A stretch of DNA of 30,471 bases from Gemmatimonadaceae bacterium (GTDB lineage: Bacteria > Gemmatimonadota > Gemmatimonadetes > Gemmatimonadales > Gemmatimonadaceae). Positions 9,423 to 17,542 of the stretch are shown here, one piece after another (within the stretch, counting starts at the first letter, position 1; the number at the start of each line of letters is the position of its first letter). Location of the stretch: contig JBBDYA010000129.1 of NCBI GenBank assembly GCA_040902005.1, positions 17,509 to 47,979 of the forward strand, read 5' to 3'. Made by a program: the position numbers and the translations under genes. The notes under the pieces are model-generated. The model had not been told where the DNA came from, searched no databases, and was given only the letters and a program-made list of their open reading frames with translations.

Positions 9423-10486
9423 CGATCCCCGCCAGCGAACAGTTCGAGCTCCGGCGCCGGGACCTGGACCCCCGACAGCTGCTGCGCGAGAACCCACTGC
9501 TGATGCTCGAGCGCCGGCTGGGGTGCCTTCTTTCTGGCGATGGCGAGCTCGCAGATGTTACGCACCAGCGTCGAATAGTCCACGCCGGACGCGTGCGCCA
9601 TGCGCGCGAGCCCGGCGTCGGGCGCAATGTCGGGGTTGGCGTTCACTTCGAGGATCCACGGACGACCGTTCGCATCCAGGCGCATGTCCACCCGACCGTA
9701 GCCGTGGCCGCTCACCATCCGCCAGGCTTCGAGCGCCACGCGCCGCATGTCGTTGGCCGTCCGCGCAGGCAGGTCGGCGGGACAGCGCGGAATGGCCCCC
9801 AGGTCTTCGTCGCTGCCGGATTCCCACTTGGAGCGGTACGTCACGATCGGCCACATCCCCTTCGGCATGGTCGAAAAGTCGATCTCCGCGATCGGCAGCA
9901 CCGAGTCGCCCACGATGCCGACGTTCAACTCGCGCCCGCTCACATACCGCTGCACGATGACTTCGTCGAACGTCTCGAGCATCGCGTCCACCCTGGCCTT
10001 GAGCGCGCGCGCGGTACGAACCACGGATCGCTGTTCCACGCCGATGGAGGCATCCTCAGCCGCGGGTTTCACGATCGCGGGATATCCCACGCTGCGCACG
10101 CGGCCGCCGCGCCGGATGCTGTTCCAGGGGGGCACGGGAAGTCCGGCGCTCTCCAGCAGCGCGTTGACCACATGCTTGCGCAGGCAAAGCGACGTCGTGT
10201 AGCTGGAGCTGCCCGTATACGGCACACCGAACAATTCCAGCACAGCGATGACCGGCGGCTCCATGTCCGCGACGCCGTCGATCCCCTCACACATGTTGAA
10301 GGCGACGTCGAACCGTCCGCGCTTCATGCGGTCGATCCACTTTCCGTTGGACAGCACCGGTACCCGGACGACGGCGTTGCCTTCATTGATCAGGGCGGTC
10401 TCGATCGCCTCCACGGTCTGGACGACCAGCATGTCGGGCGAAGTGCCCATGGTGGACGCGCCGTCGAACAGCAGGGCGACTCTCAA
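9419..10486 (-). CDS. ATP-grasp ligase, D-Ala-D-Ala ligase-like (copy 2)
   Basis: FNMCEG, VPYTGS, IVKPAAEDASIG, YGRVDMRLD, ILEVNANPD; TTG start overlaps the upstream TGA (TTGA). Confidence 0.88.
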   Translation of the reverse strand: MRVALLFDGASTMGTSPDMLVVQTVEAIETALINEGNAVVRVPVLSNGKWIDRMKRGRFDVAFNMCEGIDGVADMEPPVIAVLELFGVPYTGSSSYTTSLCLRKHVVNALLESAGLPVPPWNSIRRGGRVRSVGYPAIVKPAAEDASIGVEQRSVVRTARALKARVDAMLETFDEVIVQRYVSGRELNVGIVGDSVLPIAEIDFSTMPKGMWPIVTYRSKWESGSDEDLGAIPRCPADLPARTANDMRRVALEAWRMVSGHGYGRVDMRLDANGRPWILEVNANPDIAPDAGLARMAHASGVDYSTLVRNICELAIARKKAPQPALEHQQWVLAQQLSGVQVPAPELELFAGGDR

Positions 10487-11640
10487 CGCTTTCCCCGGCG
10501 GCTTCGGCCAAGGCGAACCCCCTGACGCCTGGCGGCGGCAATCAACGCGCTCTGGATCAGCTCCTCGTAACTCATCCCGGCCGCTGCGGCGGCCTTGGGA
10601 AGGCACGAGTTGTCTTCCGGATTCGGGAGAATGCCGGGAAGCGGGTTGACCTCAACGATGTTCGGAACGCCAGCGCCGTCCAGCCGAACATCGATGCGGG
10701 ACCAGTCGCGGCAGCCGAGGGCGTGATACGCCCGCAGCGTGACCCGCTCGATCGCGGCGCGCAGCCTCTCGGAGATCGGAGCCGGGCAGTCAAACATCCG
10801 GAGCGGTTGCTCCGGCGTGTCCCAGATCCACTTGGCCTCGTACCCGTAAATCGGCAGGGCGCCGGCAGGCAGCGCGTCGAACCGGATGCCGACGATCGGC
10901 AGCACGCGGGCTTCCTGCGCATTCCCAACCACGCCGCAGGTGAATTCCAGGCCGGGGAGGAACTCCTCCAGCAGTACCGGCTGGTCGTAGGTCTCGAGCA
11001 ACTCGGTCACGCACGCCAGCATCTGGCTCCGGTCGCGGATGAAGTTCCGCTCGGTGATCCCCTTGGACGACCCCTCCTGCACGGGTTTCGCGAAGAGCGG
11101 GTATCGCAGGAGTCCGGCGCGCTTCACGGCCCGGGCCTCGGCCAGCGTCCCGACGAGCGCGAACGGCGCCGTCGGGATTCCGTAGAACTCCAGCATCTGC
11201 TTGGTGCGACCCTTGTGCAGGCAGAGCGACAGGGTGAATGGATCGCTGCCGGAGTATGGAATGCCGTAGAACTCGCAGATCGCCGGGACGTGCGACTCCC
11301 GATTGGGTCCCGAGAGTCCCTCGGCCATGTTGAAAACGATGTCCGGACGCGCGTCTCGCAGCCGCTCGGGGAAATCCGGCGTGGCTTCCAGTCGGATGAC
11401 CTCGCCGAGCGCGCCGAGCGCCTGTTCGACCGCGGCGATCGTGCTCGGCGCATCCCATTCGGCGAATGCGTCGTCGGGGCGAGCGGCGGCGGGAGCGGTT
11501 CTGACAGCGACGGCGACGTCCGATCTCGCGCCTGTTGCGCGTACGAAGCTGGATGTCTCTTCGTCGAGAGCGCCTGTACTGGACTCAAACTCAGTCGTGC
11601 AGTCAGGCTTTTGATTGTAGGCGAAGCCGATGCGCGTCAT
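10483..11640 (-). CDS. ATP-grasp ligase, D-Ala-D-Ala ligase-like (copy 1)
   Basis: VFNMAEG, IPYSGSD, FAKPVQEGSSKGI, YEAKW, SRIDVRLD, EVNPLPG. Confidence 0.9.
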   Translation of the reverse strand: MTRIGFAYNQKPDCTTEFESSTGALDEETSSFVRATGARSDVAVAVRTAPAAARPDDAFAEWDAPSTIAAVEQALGALGEVIRLEATPDFPERLRDARPDIVFNMAEGLSGPNRESHVPAICEFYGIPYSGSDPFTLSLCLHKGRTKQMLEFYGIPTAPFALVGTLAEARAVKRAGLLRYPLFAKPVQEGSSKGITERNFIRDRSQMLACVTELLETYDQPVLLEEFLPGLEFTCGVVGNAQEARVLPIVGIRFDALPAGALPIYGYEAKWIWDTPEQPLRMFDCPAPISERLRAAIERVTLRAYHALGCRDWSRIDVRLDGAGVPNIVEVNPLPGILPNPEDNSCLPKAAAAAGMSYEELIQSALIAAARRQGVRLGRSRRGKR

Positions 11641-11717
11641 CCGGTCCCGGTCACCGGTAGTGCTAATCGCAAATGACCACTACAGATCAAAAGCGATGCC
11701 GTGCACGAAGACGCGTC

Positions 11718-11746
11718 AAGATAGAACTTATTTTTTTTTCGCGCAA
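11718..11746 (-). promoter_or_regulatory. Putative sigma70 promoter of the ATP-grasp/GNAT/KamA operon
   Basis: Minus strand TTGCGC-17 nt-TATCTT in an A-tract-rich patch (A9 in spacer, A7 upstream), -10 box about 77 nt before ATG 11640. Confidence 0.55.
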
Positions 11747-11760
11747 CAACTTTTTTTGCA

Positions 11761-11840
11761 AACAGCGAACCACGGAAAACGGAAACGGGCGCTCACCGTT
11801 GGTCGTGCGACCGTTTGCCGATTCCGTTGTCCCGGTTTTC
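11761..11840. repeat. Imperfect heptamer-periodic inverted repeat downstream of thyX
   Basis: AACAGCG AACCACG GAAAACG GAAACGG ... CCGTTTG CCGATTC CGTTGTC CCGGTTT; the two arms are partly complementary. Confidence 0.5.
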
Positions 11841-11846
11841 GGATGG

Positions 11847-12599
11847 TCAGACCTTGTGATACTCCACCTTCGCCGCCTCCCTGCGGTCGTCGGCGACGTA
11901 GATCACGAAGTCGGAGAAGAAGGCGGGCGCTTCGCGCTGCATCAGGCGCAGGACGTCGACGGCGAGGCGCCGGATTTCCATCTCCGCGCCCTCGCCCGCG
12001 CGAAGCTCGAGCAGCGTCCGCCAGGCGCGCGCATTACCGGTCACCACGATCTTGGTCTCCGTCGCGTTCGGGAGCACCGCGCGCGCTGCCTCACGCGCCA
12101 TCTTCCGGCGGTGCACGCGATCGGCCACCCAGCCATAGTGCTCCATCAACCGCTCCACGAGCGTGATATAGGTCGCCTGCGCCCCCTCGACGTGATCGCG
12201 CCACACCTGCTCCAGCTTGTCCTCGCCGATAATCGCCGGCGGAACGACGAAGCTCGCCGTGGACTCGTCCACATAGCGCTGCGACAGCTGCGAGTAGGCG
12301 AAGCCGGCGCGATGACGGACCAGTTCATGTGTGAGGGAACGGCTCACGCCTTCGAGCAGCAACGAGTAGGTGGCGTGTTCGAGGACGCTCCCATGCCCCT
12401 GCTTCTTGATGTTCTCGAGGTATTCCCTCGTCGGGCGCTTGGCGGGGTTGGCCTGGCTCATGTAGCACAGCCGGCCGGCGAACTCGGCCAGCCGCTCGCC
12501 GTCGGTGCCCTCGCCCAGCCAGGAGACCGGCAGGTGAGCGGGCTCGGTGAACTGCGGCCGCGCCAGCAGCGACACCTTCGGTGCGTAGAAGAGTTCCAT
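11847..12599 (-). CDS. thyX: FAD-dependent thymidylate synthase
   Basis: GRLCYMS, GHGSVLEH, THELVRHRAGFAYSQLSQRY, EAARAVLPNATET, EIRRLA. Confidence 0.95.
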   Translation of the reverse strand: MELFYAPKVSLLARPQFTEPAHLPVSWLGEGTDGERLAEFAGRLCYMSQANPAKRPTREYLENIKKQGHGSVLEHATYSLLLEGVSRSLTHELVRHRAGFAYSQLSQRYVDESTASFVVPPAIIGEDKLEQVWRDHVEGAQATYITLVERLMEHYGWVADRVHRRKMAREAARAVLPNATETKIVVTGNARAWRTLLELRAGEGAEMEIRRLAVDVLRLMQREAPAFFSDFVIYVADDRREAAKVEYHKV

Positions 12600-12614
12600 G
12601 ACAGGCAAAACTAT

Positions 12615-14240
12615 CTAGAGAAGGTCCATTCGGAATCGCGCGTACGCGCGCTCTCGGTCCACCAGCTCCAGTGCCGCCCGTGCCCGTGCCGGCAGCGCGT
12701 CGAGCGTGGGGTCGTACTTGACCGCGTCCACCGCGCGCTGTCCCGCCAGCGGCACCTTGACGCCGGGGTTGAATATGGCGGACGGATCAAAGCTGCGCTT
12801 CACCGCGGAGAAACAGGCAAGCGCCTCCCGTGACCAGACCTTGTCGAGCAGGGGCGTGCGCAGCCGCCCGTCGCCGTGCTCGCCGGATGACGTTCCACCC
12901 AGGCGAGCGACCAGCTCCGTCACCTCCAGCAGGATGTGCTCGAGACGCTCCCGCCATCGGGGATCATCCACGTCGAGGAGCGGATTCACGTGCACGTGAG
13001 CGTCGCCGGCGTGGCCGAAGATCACGCCCTCGGTCCCCGCACTCGCCAGGATCGCTCGCACCCCGCGCACATACTCGGCGAGCGCCTGCGGCGGTACCGC
13101 CGCATCCTCGATGAACTGCATGGACCGCAGCCGCGAATCCATGCGCGCGAGGGCCGGACTTGCCGCGTGACGCAGCGACCACAGTGCCGCCTCCCGTGCC
13201 GGCTCCAGCGCTAGGTGCGCGTCCAGCACGCCATGCAACCGGCACTGCGCCAGCACTCCTTCGGCCATGGCCCGCGCCGCGGCGGCCGAGTCGGCCTCCA
13301 CGTCGATCAGAAGTACCGCCTCGGCAAGCGGTGACACCGGCAGGGCCACCCCTCCCGATGCGGCGATCAGGAGAAAGGTGCGGTCCAGCAGCTCGCACGC
13401 GGCGGCGCCATGCGCCCGCGATGCCACAGCGGCTTCGGCCGCACGCTCCAGTTCCGCGAAGGATACGAGGACGCTCGCCCGTGCGGCGGCGGCCGGGATG
13501 ATCGCCACCTCGACAGCGGTGAAGATCGCGAGCGTGCCTTCGCTGCCCACCAGCAGGTCGATCAGCTCCCGGGTTTGCGCGTAGACGCCCACCGCGTACC
13601 CGGACGATTCCTTCAGGACACCGTCGTGCACAATCCCGCCTCGACCGACGCGATCGAGGAGTTCCGTCTGCGCGCCCGCCAGAAAGCGCGCGATCGCGGG
13701 CACCGTCGCGGGCGGGGGTTCGCCGCGGCGAATCGTCGCCAGCGTTCCATCGTCGAACACACAGTCGAGCCCGAGCACCCAGGGACGCATCGGGCCGTGC
13801 CGCAGCGAGTGCGGGCCCGCGGCATTCGTCGCGGCCATCCCGCCCAAGGTGCAAAACTCTCCGCTCGACGGGTCCACCGGGAACCGCTGCCCCACGCGTT
13901 GCGCGTGCTGATCCAGCTCGCCGCGCAGGACGCCGGCCCCGGCGTGGATCGACGTGGCGTCCGCGAGCGGCTCGGCGACGTCGCGCAGCCGGCTGAGGTC
14001 GAGCACGATCCCGTCGCCGATGGCGCCGCCCGCCATGCTGCTCCCCGACCCGCGGGGAATGATCGCGTGGCCTCGGTCCCGCGCCCACCGCACGAGCAAT
14101 GAGACGTCCGCGCTGTCACGCGGCACCGCCACCGCGCGCGGCCACGCGCGACCGATGCCCGCCGCCTCGGAATACACGGCGCGGGCATCGTCGTCGAGGC
14201 GAAAGGCGCCGCGGAAGCCGGCCGGAGTGTCGAGGGGCAC
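12615..14240 (-). CDS. FAD-binding oxidoreductase (GlcD / D-2-hydroxyacid dehydrogenase family)
   Basis: PRGSGSSMAG, TLGGMAATNAAG, LVGSEGTL, FGHAGDAHVH, SGEHGDG, IFNPG. Confidence 0.9.
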   Translation of the reverse strand: MPLDTPAGFRGAFRLDDDARAVYSEAAGIGRAWPRAVAVPRDSADVSLLVRWARDRGHAIIPRGSGSSMAGGAIGDGIVLDLSRLRDVAEPLADATSIHAGAGVLRGELDQHAQRVGQRFPVDPSSGEFCTLGGMAATNAAGPHSLRHGPMRPWVLGLDCVFDDGTLATIRRGEPPPATVPAIARFLAGAQTELLDRVGRGGIVHDGVLKESSGYAVGVYAQTRELIDLLVGSEGTLAIFTAVEVAIIPAAAARASVLVSFAELERAAEAAVASRAHGAAACELLDRTFLLIAASGGVALPVSPLAEAVLLIDVEADSAAAARAMAEGVLAQCRLHGVLDAHLALEPAREAALWSLRHAASPALARMDSRLRSMQFIEDAAVPPQALAEYVRGVRAILASAGTEGVIFGHAGDAHVHVNPLLDVDDPRWRERLEHILLEVTELVARLGGTSSGEHGDGRLRTPLLDKVWSREALACFSAVKRSFDPSAIFNPGVKVPLAGQRAVDAVKYDPTLDALPARARAALELVDRERAYARFRMDLL

Positions 14241-14250
14241 CGCGCGGGCG

Positions 14251-15054
14251 CTATCGTGGAAGCGCGGATTCGATCATTCGCAGCAGCGAGGGCGGTTCCG
14301 TATCGCCACGCTCCACCCGGTCCAGCAGCAACTGCATCGTGAGCAGTGCACGCTCCGTGGCGTGCCGCTGCATGCGCCGCGACTGGGCATAGGCGCCTGC
14401 GGTGATCAGCACCGCGGGGATCGCGGCGACGGGTACCATCACGTTCATCAGGATCAGGGCCGCGCTCGTCCCCACCCCAAGCGTGGTGCCCGCCACCGTC
14501 TGTTTCGCCACCGACTCCCGCAGCACGCTGAAGTCGGCCTCCATGCGCACGAGCGTCGAATCCGCATCCACGGGCACCACCGTGGCGGCAATGTCGTTGG
14601 CGCGAAAGAGCGCGTAATCCCGGCTGCCGAACGAACGGCGCAGTGACGCCAGCAGTCCGCGCTTCGGCTCCCACACGATCAGATCGGCACGCTGCCGGAT
14701 CACGCGCATCCATTCATCGCGCTGCATCCAGCGGTCCAGCGTATCGAGAATGCGCGCCGGCGATCCGCGCACCACACGCTGGGCAGTGACCCTGTTCGCG
14801 CCAAACAACTGGTAGGCGAGGCCGGATCCGGACGCCGTGTCCGGGGCGATCCTGGCCCGCTCCTCCGCAAGCGCCTGTCGGATGTGCTCCGGTGACAGGC
14901 CAACCTCCCGGCCGAGCTCGACCACCTGGCCCTCGGTCAGCGTGTCACGCGTCTCCGATTCGTCGCCAATGGCGCCCTGAAGCTCCGACGCCCGGGCGAG
15001 CACGCGCTCCAACGCTCCTCTGGTCACGGGACGCCTGGATTGGTCCATGTGCAC
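14251..15054 (-). CDS. Hypothetical membrane protein
   Basis: N-terminal helical region (LERVLARASELQ, VELGREVGLSPEHIRQAL) and a hydrophobic hairpin near the C-terminus; collinear with operon neighbours. Confidence 0.75.
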   Translation of the reverse strand: MHMDQSRRPVTRGALERVLARASELQGAIGDESETRDTLTEGQVVELGREVGLSPEHIRQALAEERARIAPDTASGSGLAYQLFGANRVTAQRVVRGSPARILDTLDRWMQRDEWMRVIRQRADLIVWEPKRGLLASLRRSFGSRDYALFRANDIAATVVPVDADSTLVRMEADFSVLRESVAKQTVAGTTLGVGTSAALILMNVMVPVAAIPAVLITAGAYAQSRRMQRHATERALLTMQLLLDRVERGDTEPPSLLRMIESALPR

Positions 15055-15066
15055 CGCTCTGTGGTT

Positions 15067-16143
15067 CTAGATGCCGCCGAGCACGACGTCGAGTTGGCGA
15101 TTGATCGCGTCATGAATCCCCTGCGGCAGTGGGTACGTTGACGCGAGACGCGCGTTGATGTCGCCCGTGGTCGCGGCGCGTGCCTGCGCCAGGTAATAAC
15201 GAGTGTAGCCGGTCACGAGTTCCGGCGCGATCCGCTGCAGGAGCATGGCGCCGGCCCGAACCGTCCCCGTCAAAGCGTATTGCGCCCCGGTCCCGGCGCG
15301 CTGCTCCGTGGGGGTGATGTTGTCGTGCACCGCGGTGCCCACGATCGAGTTCACCACCTCGTGCGCGAACACGTAGATCGCCTCGAGCGGGTCCGTTTCG
15401 GGCATGGTGACCGCGATGGCGTTCTGCCGCGCGGAGAAATTGACGGTCCGACCCTCTCCGCCAAGCGTCAACGCAAGCAGGAAGTCTCCGGTCTCCTGCT
15501 GTGTGTTGTTCAGGAACCCCTGGAACCTGGGGCGGTAGGCGCTTTGCCACAGCGAGTCCGCGGCCCGAACGACGCCCAGGCGGGCGCCATTCTGGGATGT
15601 CCAGTACTCCTGGTAGAACTGGCGCCGTTCGTCCTCCACCGCCAGGGTGAACAAGCGAAGCCACTCCCGGTCAGCGGCTGCCGGAAACGACTGTCCGAGA
15701 ATGGCGAAGTACTGGGCCATCGCCTGATCGCCCGCCGCGCGCGGATCCCCCTGTGCCTGGATGAACCGATCGATGGTGGTTCTCATCTGGTCGAACGACC
15801 CGAAGTACAGTGGCGCGAACTGACCGTTGGTCAGGGCGGGACTGATCGAAAGACGTGACTGGAGCTGTTCGCGGTTGGCGTCGAGCAGGGTATTGAGTCC
15901 CCGCCGATTCTTCTCCGCCTGCAAGCGATCACGGTAGCCAGGGTTGAACACCGGGACCTTGGCACTGTCCCGAAGCAGCATGGCGTAGCCGTGCAGCCAG
16001 AGGTCCAGGTGAATTCGCGTGCGTACGGGCCACACGGCCGCGGAGGATGAGGTGCCTGCCGGGTCGGCGGCGGCCCCTCCGCCCGAGACCGCCGAAGAGC
16101 AGCCGACAACCGCGAGCAGATACAGCACACAGATTCTCTTCAT
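15067..16143 (-). CDS. Hypothetical lipoprotein
   Basis: MKR + hydrophobic stretch + VVGC lipobox; 358 aa. Confidence 0.78.
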   Translation of the reverse strand: MKRICVLYLLAVVGCSSAVSGGGAAADPAGTSSSAAVWPVRTRIHLDLWLHGYAMLLRDSAKVPVFNPGYRDRLQAEKNRRGLNTLLDANREQLQSRLSISPALTNGQFAPLYFGSFDQMRTTIDRFIQAQGDPRAAGDQAMAQYFAILGQSFPAAADREWLRLFTLAVEDERRQFYQEYWTSQNGARLGVVRAADSLWQSAYRPRFQGFLNNTQQETGDFLLALTLGGEGRTVNFSARQNAIAVTMPETDPLEAIYVFAHEVVNSIVGTAVHDNITPTEQRAGTGAQYALTGTVRAGAMLLQRIAPELVTGYTRYYLAQARAATTGDINARLASTYPLPQGIHDAINRQLDVVLGGI

Positions 16144-16176
16144 GGGAATTCCCCTTGTTCGCCCGTTCTCATGGAT

Positions 16177-16749
16177 TCAAGCCATGCCCTTGCCGCATGC
16201 CACGCAGAACTTCCAGCCGGCCTCACGTTCGGCTCCGCATGCGGGACAATTGTGGACCTGAAGGTTCTGACCACAGTGCGGGCAGTAGTGCGTGGCTCGC
16301 CCTTTCGGCAACGCGCCGCTGCAATAGCGACACGTGCCCGCGTCCGCGGCCGAGGGCGCCTGCGTGGCAGTCTTCGCGCCACCGGGCGGTGGGATGGGGG
16401 ACGGGATTGCATGTCCCAACGTTGCGAGCGCGGCCTGATTGATCGAGACCTGCGCATCCGCAAAGCTTCGAACGCGTGACGGCTCCGGGGCGGATGAGGC
16501 AAGCTCCTTGCCGAGCTCATCGCGCAGTCGATCATCCACGTCCAGATATCCTCGCGCGCCGCTGAGCAGCTGCATGAGCACGAGTTCGTACTCCTGATTC
16601 GTCTCGAGACCGAGCTCGCGACGGAAGTGCCGGTAAGGGAGCAGCTGCTGGTGCAGGTCGCCGACGGTGAACGGAGCGCTCAGCAGGTTCGGGTGCTTTG
16701 CCTGTATCGTCGCCACCAGCACCTGAAACATCCGCTCGATTGCGTCCAT
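16177..16749 (-). CDS. Double zinc-ribbon domain protein
   Basis: Four C-terminal CxxC motifs (CRYC, CPHC, CPAC, CVAC); start at MDAIE, 5 nt after the rnhA stop. Confidence 0.82.
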   Translation of the reverse strand: MDAIERMFQVLVATIQAKHPNLLSAPFTVGDLHQQLLPYRHFRRELGLETNQEYELVLMQLLSGARGYLDVDDRLRDELGKELASSAPEPSRVRSFADAQVSINQAALATLGHAIPSPIPPPGGAKTATQAPSAADAGTCRYCSGALPKGRATHYCPHCGQNLQVHNCPACGAEREAGWKFCVACGKGMA

Positions 16750-16754
16750 GTGCG

Positions 16755-17324
16755 TCACCAGGTGGGCTGCGCGGGAGCCAGCTTGCCCCTGGCCCGCTGC
16801 GCCGCGAGCCACTCGACATATAAGGAAGGCACCGGCCCGGCGGAATTGGACTGTTCCCGGGCCGCCCGGGTAGCCAGATGGTTCGCGTACTCGTTCTGCG
16901 GATGGCCATCGTGGCCCCTAACCCATTGCCAATTCACATCATGCGATCGAGCCACCTGATCCAGTTCCTGCCACAGGTCCAGGTTCTCTATCGCGCCGCC
17001 GCGCCGACGCCAGCCGCGCGACTTCCAGCCGGGCACCCATTCCTTGATGCCCTTCACGAGGTACTGGGAATCGCTGGTGAAGAAGACACGCAGGCGATTG
17101 CCCTTCCGCGACAGGATGTGCAGGGCGTCGATGGCGCTTCGCAGCGCCATTTTGTTGTTCGTGGTGGACGGCTCGGAAAGCCAGTAGTCGAGAAGCGTGG
17201 GCTCGAACGCATTCACTCCGCGAGACTCGATGAGGCCGCCGGCACCACCGGGATTGTCGCCCTCGCGGCCGTTGCCCAGGCAGGACTCGTCGGCATAGAC
17301 GGCCACCATCGGCAGCGCACTCAT
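16755..17324 (-). CDS. rnhA: Ribonuclease HI (atypical active site)
   Basis: YADESCLGN, TTNNKMAL, SDSQYL, WKSRGW, ENLDLW, WVRGHDGHPQNE. Confidence 0.9.
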   Translation of the reverse strand: MSALPMVAVYADESCLGNGREGDNPGGAGGLIESRGVNAFEPTLLDYWLSEPSTTNNKMALRSAIDALHILSRKGNRLRVFFTSDSQYLVKGIKEWVPGWKSRGWRRRGGAIENLDLWQELDQVARSHDVNWQWVRGHDGHPQNEYANHLATRAAREQSNSAGPVPSLYVEWLAAQRARGKLAPAQPTW

Positions 17325-17542
17325 TGTCCCACGGCCTCCACGGTCTCGATCTCATCGAGAAACAGTGAGATGCGGTCGCCGGTGGTGGGATTCCGCGTGT
17401 GCACCACCTCGCGCCCACCGTCACTCGCCAGTGCCAGCGGAATGACCACGTACTCGGCGCCGCGACGGTACATGGCAACGCGCTCGCCGCGCGCGACGGC
17501 GCGCTCCAGCCGATCATACTGCTCGAAGGTGAGTTGCGACAT
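17321..17542 (-). CDS. Small hypothetical protein (73 aa), possibly Rof/WYL-like fold
   Basis: ATG overlaps the upstream stop (TGATG) and its stop overlaps the rnhA start (ATGA); YDRLERA...LFLDEI. Confidence 0.7.
   Translation of the reverse strand: MSQLTFEQYDRLERAVARGERVAMYRRGAEYVVIPLALASDGGREVVHTRNPTTGDRISLFLDEIETVEAVGQ

Noticed and set aside
9419..11640. Vancomycin-resistance or cell-wall ddl locus
   Set aside because: No vanH/vanX/vanRS or mur genes, and the Ddl N-terminal motif is absent
11847..12599. thyX as a prophage marker
   Set aside because: No phage genes nearby; it sits in a housekeeping operon
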